64,000 nucleotides of DNA from Octopus sinensis (Eukaryota). Positions within the stretch are counted from its first letter, which is position 1, and each line of letters starts with the position of its first letter. The notes under the pieces are model-generated. The model did not search any database and was not told the DNA's origin. It was given only the letters and a program-made list of their open reading frames with translations. Positions 54,105 to 64,000 of the stretch are shown here, piece after piece. The stretch covers positions 79,918,001 to 79,982,000 of the forward strand of contig NC_043002.1 of assembly GCF_006345805.1 (NCBI RefSeq), in the 5' to 3' direction. The position numbers were made by a program, and so were the translations under genes.

Positions 54105-54665
54105 CTATAATTATAAACATAATCATAATTGCTTCGCCTTGCACAAAATTTAGAAATAGGAGTTAAAATGCCATTTCTGCTACCATAAAGATCTCTCAGA
54201 CAGTAAAACACTTTATTATTATTATTATTGAATATAATTTACTCCGTGATCGAGAACTACAAATTCTGCAGGATTACTCGTAACAGACACGTGGGTATTG
54301 AGGATAAATACGCGTTCTCAGTCGTCTGTATATTTTTTGGCAGTGTTGGTTGGATATTGGTTATGCCATAATGCTTGATCGCGTACATATTTAATCCTAA
54401 CACTCTCAAATTTATATCTCGAAGTGCTGCACTGAAGATGAGAAATAATTAAGTAAATATAACTTTACCTCTAACCCGAAACGCGTATGTAGCTAATCTG
54501 AGTCGTGTGGATTCGTTATTTCTTCTTTTTGCCTACGTAAAAAAGCGCGTTACTGTCTGGGAGATCTTTATGGTAGCAGAAAATGAATTTTAATTCCTAT
54601 TTCTAAACTCGGTGCGTGGCGAAGCAATTAGCTGACCGGTGAATATAATTACGTTTATAATTATT
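54105..54665 (+). mobile_element. Penelope-like element with 5'-inverted repeat
   Basis: 54105-54207 is the reverse complement of about 54551-54665 (roughly 85% over the 80-bp core); a hammerhead lies between the arms. Confidence 0.7.
54426..54493 (+). ncRNA. minimal type I hammerhead ribozyme
   Basis: GCTGCA-CTGAAGA-T-G..(GTAAA/TTTAC)..C-GAAA-C GC G-TA-TGTAGC. Six-bp stem I, palindromic ACGCGT stem III, GUA site; stem II weak next to the core. Confidence 0.68.
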
Positions 54666-54732
54666 TGTATAACTTTATATTTGTATAATTTTACCTAAAA
54701 AGGTTATTGTAAGGTACCAAACTACTTGGTAA

Positions 54733-55092
54733 CTCTTTACTCTTTTACTCTTTTACTTGTTTCAGTCATTTGACTGCGACCATGCTGGAGCACCGCCTTT
54801 AATCGAGCAGATCGACCCCGGGACTTATTCTTTCGTAAACCCAGTACACCAGCATCGGTTGTCAAGCAATGCTAGGGGGACAAATACAGACACACAAACA
54901 CACACACGCACATATATAAACATATATACGACGGGCTTCTTTCAGTTTCCGTCTACCAAATCCACTCACAAGGCTTTGGTCGGCCCGAGGCTATAGTAGA
55001 AGACACTTGTCCAAGGTGCCACGCAGTGGGACTGAACCCGGAACCATGTGATTGGTAAACAAGCTACTTACCACACAGCCACTCCTGCGCCT
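54733..55092 (-). mobile_element. SINE family A, full length, young
   Basis: Close to the other full copies; tail ends in a (GAGTAAAA)n tandem. Confidence 0.93.
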
Positions 55093-55740
55093 AATTAAAA
55101 TTATTAATTATTAATTAATTAATTGATTGATGATTTAATTTTATCCTTTTATTATTATTGATATGTACATATATATATATATATATATATAATATATATA
55201 TATATATATACATATATATCATATCTATTATGGGTTTAACAGACAGAACAAAATAAAGAGAAAAAGTTAGACAAAAGTAGAGCAAACGGGAAGCTAGACG
55301 AAGACTTAACGGACGATATATATATATATTATATATATATATGCATACATACTGTTAATCCTAGTTTTTGGACGTATTATTTAACGGAGCGAGCAGAAAA
55401 GAAATGTATTCACACGATGCACAACGACTACTCTAATTGTGATTCCAAATGCTATCGGACCTCGCAACGATACACGACACTCGTTTCTGAGAGTTCCATG
55501 AGTCCATTTTAAATCGCACAGTGGTGTTGCTCTCTACCACCACAAAATCTCCCCTTTTGATATCGACTTCCGTTGGAAAATATGTTTTTTATTATACACC
55601 ACATATACATACATACATACTTACACACACACATATATATATGTGTGTATATATATATATGTATATATAATATATATGTATATATATATACATATATATA
55701 TACACACATACATATATGTGTATATACATATGTATATATG

Positions 55741-55771
<31 letters not shown>

Positions 55772-55790
55772 GTATATATATATACATATA

Positions 55791-55826
<36 letters not shown>

Positions 55827-56595
55827 TGCATGTGTGTATGTATGTATGTGTGTGTATTACATAGGAATTGAAGGCACGTAAAATGCTTAGCATATAATGC
55901 TTAGAAAATAAATAACAACTACTAGTTACGTATTCTTAAAAATGAAGATGAGAAAGAAATTGTATTTTTTAATTCATATTTTTTAACTCTGCTGTTCCAC
56001 TTACAGGTGTACAGTATGCACATGCGACAAAATACACCAAGAAATATTCTATGGTATAAACCAGTGTATAGTTTCAACGTCGACGTCCTTGTTTCTTGTA
56101 TTAACTTTATCGCTTATCCTCGTCACACTAAATTTCAAAGGTTTATCTATGAAATGACTGAGACAACATTAACCGATACCAATATTTTGCTGTTACAGGT
56201 CAACTAACCAGCATTCGCAATGATTTTCAATTATTTTCTGTACATTCGCTATATAACAAATTTTGTGACATAATTTTTTTATAAACTCCCTATAGAGGCT
56301 ACGAGAATTTTAGAATAATGATGAATAGAAATTCAGCTTACAATAAATTATATCACTTTACTTTTAGAATTCAGTACTCCTATTTTTTCCTCCTAGGGTT
56401 CATCTCACTCACTCTCTATCTCTCCCTTTCTTTCTCCATCTCTCTCTCTCACTTTGTTTCTGTCTGTCTGTCTCTCACTCTCTCTCACTCTATATACGCA
56501 CACACATATTTACACTCACACACACACGTATACATACATACATACATACATACATACATACATACATACACATACATACATACATACATATATAT

Positions 56596-56646
<51 letters not shown>

Positions 56647-58769
56647 ATATGAATGTATAAATATTTGTGTATATATACATATATGTGTATGTGTGTACGT
56701 GTGTGTGTGCATGTGTATACATGAGTTTCTGTATGGGTATTTTCTGAGATTAAAGAGACAAAGTGTGTACAAGAAACCGAATTTTGCTCTTTGTAACCCG
56801 AGTCATCATTAAGTTCACGTTTTTGATTTTTGCCAATGGTGGTGTAGGAGAAGGCGCATCTTACTTATGAGAATGTCTTCATTAATTTAGGATTGTTTAG
56901 CATTTTAGTTCTTCATAGGGCTCTTACAAATTCATATGTGCTAGTATTTTAATCTTTAGATAATAAAGTTCGACTGATAAACAAAGGTTGAATGCACTCT
57001 TTCTCCTTTCAGCTGCATCTCTAGGTACTTCATTGACTTATTTTCCTCTGAATATCTAACTGCTTGCTCTTTTTCCTCCAGGCCACTTTAATGTTACACT
57101 CTCTTTTCCTACTGTCATTTTCACTGTGTCGCACTTCCCGGTTCGTTCTTGTAATAAACACTAACCAAATTCTTCCGTCTCAGAATGAAGCTTTTTTGAA
57201 TCCCTTTCCTTTATCTTATAGTTATCATTCTATAGATGTATAAAATGAACATTAATGAGTATAAAGGTGAAGACGATCTCGGCGGAATTTGAACAAATAC
57301 GTATAGACATACGAAATGCTACTAAGCATTTTGTCCAGCATATTATACGTTTTATCTACTAGCTGTCTTTCTCCTTAAAGTAATATTGATGTCGAATCCG
57401 TGAGACACAGCTGGGCTACTCGATAACCAGCACAGTCCATCCGACGGGGTCATTGGTTTGTTACAGTTTCTGACAACCTAGTTTCACTAACAACGCTGGA
57501 GTCACCCTGAGACTATAACAAAGACACTTTCCCAAGTTCTCCACGAACCAGGATTGAATTCGGGACTGCATCAGTATGGATCGAACTGTTTTTAACCATT
57601 CAGCAATGCGTGCATTCACAAAAGTATGAAATGGCTTGATGATTGGTTGAAATCTTAGTTGATTTTTGCCAGTGTGAGATTCTGGACTGTCAATTTCGTT
57701 TCTGTTTTCGATTGAAATACGTTTGGTGAGTCAAGGTTGTTTTGAGGAAACCTTATGTCAGCTTTAACCAAAAACAATCTTTTCTCAAACAAATTCTATC
57801 CTTGATAATCCCTCTTATATTAAGACATAGTGTATACAAGACTGTTTTGCTTTTCCAATACAGGACATGGTGTATTTATATAACATTATATTATCGAATA
57901 TATGACATAGTATATCTAAGACTATGTTACCCAATGTAACTTTACATTTTTAACACAATAAGCTATATTATATGAGGGAAATTTTGGTTGCTATTTCTAC
58001 GACATTGTGCGACCATGACATGACTCCCTCATTTGGTTCGGTGGTGGGGGTGATCAGATTTGGAAGTTGAATGAGAAGCACATTGATTGATCTTTCATTT
58101 ACGACTAGGATAAGAATCTAATTGGCTGCGATTTAGTTTCTGAGTTCCGCGTGAATCTCGTTGTATAAAATTTGGATATATAGCAAAGTACATGTGGGGA
58201 TAGGGGCGGTGGGGAAATTTTAGCGGTTTTAAAATCTGATTGAGTGATATCTTGAGAGAGATTTGGTGTCTTGAGTGAGCTCTGGCTGTTTAATGACAAC
58301 TTATCGGCTGGAAGGACATCTGGTTAACTGGGTAAGTGAGATCTAATTAGTTGAAGGAGATCTAGGCTAGGCAGTTTGAAATATAGTTAATTGGATGCTA
58401 TCTCGAATATAACAAAATAATAATGAATTTTAGAATAAAAACAAAAATAACATAAACACTTAAACAATCTATTATCGCATTCGTTTAAGACTAAATTCAC
58501 TTGGATTCGAATCGTTAAAATAATTACGACACTCTTGAGAGAGGGATAGGAAGAGGCGGGAAGAATGAGAAGAGTAGAGGAGGAGGAGGAGGGATAAGGA
58601 ATTGAAGAGACGACATATTAACGACAAGTCAATAACGACAACGATGAGGAAGAGAGAAACAGAAATAGTTTCCAGAGATGAAAAATATACAAAATAATAA
58701 AGACAGAAGAAAAAAGGCAGGCAGATAAACAGTTACGTAGCTTGGTAGTTAGCTAGCTAACTAGCTAAC

Positions 58770-58874
<105 letters not shown>

Positions 58875-61214
58875 GGAGAGAGAGAGACAGACAGACAGAG
58901 TAAGTGAAAGAAAGAGATCGTGGCAGAAAGACTAAATAAAAATATAACAGAAAGTGAAAGTGAAACAATAAGAGAGAAAGCGTGAGAGAGAAGAACTGAG
59001 AGAAAGAACATAGAAAGTAGTTTTCTGAAACAAACTAGTGACAAATTGCTGTTTATGACTTATTTTATTTGTTGTTAGTGTTGTTTAATACTAATCTTTG
59101 TTCTTCGCTGCGATAAAATATTCGAAATGAATGGCTATTATTGCTCGGAATGCCATACATATTTATTTCTTTTGACTCGTCACTATGCCAATTTTTACAG
59201 GTTTCCTGATAATATTGTCTATTAAACTGATTTGATTCTGTACTGAATACAGCGAGTTTTAGATTTGGCAGGAAAAGCATTGGCTGATCTGGAGAAAACA
59301 GAAGCTTCCATCTTCAAATTGTATGACCATGCGATACGCAATATGAAAATGGAAGTTTCAAAACGAGTAAAACACATCTCCCTTAAGAGCTACACAATCC
59401 TACAAGATAATAAAATACTTGTCAAGATTTATATTGGTAGAAGCATTTGTGCGTCGGACAAAATAATTTGTAATATTTATTTAAATTTTTTTCGTTACGA
59501 GCTGAGTTTAACTCCCCAACTCCCAAAGTCAACTTCTGGGGTCGATACAATAAAATAAAAAACTGGATTGATAAAATAGAATAAACAACTGTGAATTCAC
59601 GGGTCCATATAATTGAGTATTCATACTTCTCTAAATTTGATGACGTGTGTCTATATTAGAAAATAATATTATAAAGAAAGTAAGTTGATGTCGACCCTCC
59701 TATTTCTCCCTTTGGAGATAAAGTTGTGTATCATTCACTCAATGTACTGGGAAAGATTTCATTGACTATACTCTCCTCCAAATCGCGTGGCTCCTGTGCC
59801 AATGCTAGAAATCATTGTTAAAGGGTGAAGTCTACTTGCAGTTGTAATGCGATTTGGAGTTGATAGGACTGTTTTCGATAAATCGCAGTGTTTTTGATAG
59901 GAGACGAAATACCATCATGTCTACTCACATACCTATTACCTATTACCTATGCAGTTGCTCGACCAATTGGAAATATTAACCAAATCTATCTGAAATAGCA
60001 GTCTACTCTGTTGACTTTTCTGTTACATGACTCAGAAGAGGAACGATAGTGTTCGTTTCCTTTTTGAGAGATTCCATGCCAAGTAGGAATAATTGAGTGG
60101 AGTCTGCTAAATGCATCCAAGGTTCAGATGGCTTAAATAGAAAGTACACATTGAATCATAGAGTCTTTAATACACTATGTCTGGAGAAAACAAGACGTCG
60201 TTGTCATGGTTGAGACTCCATAGCTTCGAACTCTGTTCAATGAGGACTAACCTTGGCCAGAATTATAACTTAAGCGCTTAGAAAGTTTTAACTGCTATTG
60301 CCTGAGGTATGTGGTTTTAAACTAAATTTAATTTTAATGAAGAATTTATAGGAAACCTTGAAATATATACCTTTCCGATGGCTATGAACGATATTCATGA
60401 AATAAAATGGTTGTTTGAAGAGATAAGCAAGAAATTTAGAGCAAAGAGACATTGCAGTCTCGTGGAGAAAGTTTTGCATATTATTGGTACTAGTTTAGTC
60501 GATCGCAGGAAGAAGATATTCAAAATCACTTTCACTCGAAGAATTTGAACTAAGATCGTAAAAAAAACATAACCATTATATAATGTATTTGGTCTGCTTA
60601 GTGCATAAGATTTCTGCTATTCACATTGCTTTCATATTACGTTTTAAATACTGGCAGTTTACAGCTTCAGCATTGAGGATTTCTTCTGCGATCGTTAAAA
60701 TGTATTACTTTCATAAATCATAAAGGGCTCAAAGCTTGAAGGTTTTTTTTTACCTTACGTTAAATACTTAAGAGAGACTTCTAATTCTGGAAATGATTGT
60801 GCTCTTCTAGAAGCAACAATTTCCGACTAGTTTAGTATTTTTGTGTATTTATTTATGACATTTTGGTTTTCAGAAAAGCGTTACATTTACGACTGCGGGA
60901 CCTCTGTTACCAACGTGATCTGTATAGTTGGCGATCACGAAAAAGATGGTCAGTGACGAACATCCAAAGGACTGAAGTCGTATGGAGGAAAGAATGAGTG
61001 AAGTGGTAATATGGTGTTTGTGATGATCTCATGAGAGAAAGCCGTGTGTGATCAGTGAGTTCCAAGGAAATGAAAACTGAGGAGGCAGCAGGCTTAAGAG
61101 ATACTCAGGATTATGTAAATTACTCCTAGTAGGAAAATAACACCTGAAGTTTAAGTTTTTGCCTTGCAGTAAGTCAGCGCTGATCGAGCCAAATTATTGG
61201 TTCCACATTTGGGC

Positions 61215-61410
61215 ACAAGGCCCACAATTTTGAGGAGGGGATAAGTCGATTACATCAACCCCAGTGTTCAATTGGTGCATATTTTATCGACCCCGAAAGG
61301 ATGAATTGCGAAGTCGACCATGGCGGAATTTGAACTCAACGCAATGACGGACGAAATGCCGCTAGCCATTTTGCCCGGCGTGCTAACTATTCAGCCACCT
61401 CGCTGCCTTA
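61215..61410 (-). mobile_element. SINE family B
   Basis: GGATAAGTCGATTACATCAACCCCAG...GGCGGAATTTGAACTC...GGCGTGCTAAC..CTCGCTGCCTT. Confidence 0.85.
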
Positions 61411-62048
61411 TCGAGCTAAATTATTAAATATAAAAGAAAACACACTAACCGTGGCCATCCCGGCTTTCTTTCAGGATTAATATAACTAGGATCACTTTAT
61501 TCAATGAGTGCATCTTTTAAAGAGAGCAATACATAATTTAATAGAAATCTGAGAGATACTTTTTAGGAGGACGAGCGATAACGTAGATGTATCCTCATTC
61601 AATCGGCATCGAAATGTAAAATAAAATTAAGAGTTACAATTTTAGTGTTAATTACGCAGATGAACAATTAATTGCTGTCAATGGTCAAACATTTTTTCAA
61701 ATGACTTACTAATTAATGATATTTCATTTGTAAAAATCTTTCGGTGTTTTGAATTCCAGTTTTAGTGTGCTTTCCAGTTTCTCTATACGAATATATAAAA
61801 TCTTTAATTCAATTAAAACCGACTACTCCTTTCAAGGTCAATCTCACGTAAGAGACAGCGACGATGGTTTCTCTTTATCTCTCTTGTTAATTATAAGAAT
61901 CAATGTAATTGTCGAAGCTACTTAACATCAACGGCTGCTGCTGCTGCTGCTGCTGATGCTGCCGTTGTTCTTGCTACTGCTGCTGATTAACGACTTCTCG
62001 CTTAATCTATAAAATGCGCTTCACACATATCTGAATCTCAATTCTCTC

Positions 62049-62886
62049 AATTCCTATATGAATGCTAAGGTGATGAGATGGCAGATACGTTAGCACGCCG
62101 GACGAAATGCTTAGCAGTATTTCGTCTGCAGCTATGTTCTGAGTTCAAATTCCGCCGAGCTCGACTTTGCCTTTCATAATTTCGGAGTCGATTAAATAAG
62201 TATCAGTTACGCACTGGAGTCGATATAATCAACTTAATCCTTTTGTTTGTCCTTGTTTGTCCTCTCTGTGTTTAGCCCCTTGTGGGCAGTAAAGAAATAA
62301 GAAACGTTAGCACGCCGGGCGAAATACTTAGCGATATTTCGTCTGTCTTTATGTTCTGAGTTCAAATTCCGCCGAGCTCGACTTTGCCTTTCATCCCTTC
62401 GGCGTCGATAAATTAAATACCAGTTGCGTACTGGAACGATCTACTCGACAGGCCGCCTCCCTAAAAATTTCAAGCCTTGTGCGTAGAGTAGAAAAGAATT
62501 CCTGTATGGATGCTAAGGCGGCGAGCTGGCAGAAACGTTCTGAGTTCAAATTCCGCCGAGCTCAACTTTGCCTTTCATCCTTTCGGGGTCGATTAAATAA
62601 GTACCAGTTACGCACTGGGGCCGATATAATCGACTTAATCCGTTTGTCTGTCCTTGTTTGTCCTCTCTGTGTTTAGCCCCTTGTGGGTAGTAAAGAAATA
62701 GGTATTTCGTCTGCCGTTACCTTCTGAGTTCAAATTTCACCGAGGTCGACTTTGCCTTTCATACTTTCGGGATCGATAAAATGAGTACCAGTTGAAAACT
62801 GGGGTCGATTTAATCAACTGGTCCCCTACCCTAAAAATATCGGGACTTTTGTCTAGAGAGTAGAAAAGAATTCCTGTATGGATGCT
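62049..62886 (+). mobile_element. two dimeric family B SINEs in tandem with a triplicated target site
   Basis: AATTCCT(A/G)TATG(A/G)ATGCT occurs at 62049, 62497 and 62869, bracketing two B-B dimers. Confidence 0.85.
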
Positions 62887-63364
62887 GCAACATCCATTCA
62901 TATATACATACACTAACACATGCACACGCACACATTTAATACCTTACAGTATACAATATAATACGCATACGCACACGCACAAACACAAACACATACACGC
63001 ACATACATACATATATCACCAAAATACCTTACCTTACGCACACATATCATATATGAGTGAATATAGATCATGTAAAATGATATTACTATTCAACAATTTA
63101 CTTTGTACTTTATGAGCAATTAGTATTAATAGCATCATGAATTACGTCCATCCACCCGCTACATGTAGCAAATTAAATGAAGCAAAATGTTAAATGCTAT
63201 TTGCTATTTTATATTCATACTGACGTTAAAAAGAAAAATCCAAATACGATACATACAAATTTCTATGCATGTGTACATTTGTGTATGCATATATATATAT
63301 ATATGCATATATACATACGTATACATACGTACTTACATGTTTACACACATATCAACAAAGTGGT

Positions 63365-63507
63365 TCATTATTTACATTATTTACAATTGACGGATATTTG
63401 TCCTCATCTCGTTTAACACAACGCTTCGGCTGATATACCCTCCAGCCTTCATCAGGTGTCTGGGGGAAATTTCGAACCTGGGTTCTCATTCCTAAGGAAT
63501 TTTTCGA

Positions 63508-63598
<91 letters not shown>

Positions 63599-63640
63599 CA
63601 GGTCACTGCGTAGAATCGAACTCGGAATTTTGGGGCTAAG
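63365..63640 (-). mobile_element. SINE family E, inverted copy (3'-truncated)
   Basis: Reverse complement of the tail, linker and partial head; hammerhead at 63415-63460 with GAAA changed to GAAG. Confidence 0.88.
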
Positions 63641-63894
63641 AGCGCGGGTTACTAACCTTAATATTCCGAGTTCGATTCCAGGCAATGACCTGAATATCAA
63701 TAATAATAACAACATCGAAAAATACTTAGGAATGAGAACCCAGGTTCGACATTTCCACAAGACACCTGATGAAGGCTGGAGGGTATATCAGCCGAAACGT
63801 TGTGTTAGCAACAAACAAGATGAGGACAAATATCCGTCAAATGTAAATAATGTAAACAATGTACATAATTCCTCATCTCTTAAATATAGAACTG
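63635..63894 (+). mobile_element. SINE family E, forward copy
   Basis: TAAGAGCGCGGGTTACTAAC...GTTCGATTCC...GACCTGAA, short (AAT), and tail ending CTTAAATATAGAACTG, as at 13556. Confidence 0.9.
63761..63806 (+). ncRNA. minimal type I hammerhead ribozyme, apparently intact
   Basis: GACAC-CTGATGA-A-GGCTG GAGGGTATAT CAGCC-GAAA-CGT-T-GTGTT. Five-bp stem I, 5-bp stem II, loopless palindromic ACGT stem III, GUU site, predicted cut after 63801. Confidence 0.82.
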
Positions 63895-64000
63895 TATTAA
63901 CAAAGTGGTTGTTCGTAATTTCTTCCACGAAAATTTGAAATTTCCACGATGGAAATTTGAAGAAAATCCCATCCAGTAATGCCGTCTACCTCGCCATCAA

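Noticed and set aside
60990-61130. KEMKTEEAAG resembling the LINE RT motif KMKTGKAPG
   Set aside because: A single short degenerate motif with no supporting flanking similarity.

Overview
Eukaryotic, AT-rich, repeat-saturated DNA. The SINE families and the microsatellite load look like a coleoid cephalopod, most likely Octopus (recognised from memory, not from a database search). I cannot support any intact host protein-coding gene, tRNA, rRNA or CRISPR array. Nearly all ORFs in the supplied track are artefacts of di-, tri- and tetranucleotide repeats or start at TTG/GTG. The window holds at least five tRNA-derived SINE families; decayed LINE fragments (RTE, R4/Dong-type RLE, HERO-type RLE, CR1/Jockey-group); DNA transposon derivatives (Tc1 deletion derivative, pogo/Tc2-type MITE, mariner MITE, hAT MITE, Helitron-like and Helentron-like elements); and a probable solo LTR. 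The main signal that no ORF explains is a set of nine hammerhead-ribozyme (HHR) motifs in about seven unrelated sequence contexts. Several lie in Penelope-like architectures (terminal redundancy, 5' inversion). One family fuses a tRNA-like pol III head and an (AAT)n linker to an HHR-bearing tail. All ribozyme folds were paired by eye and none has been tested for cleavage.
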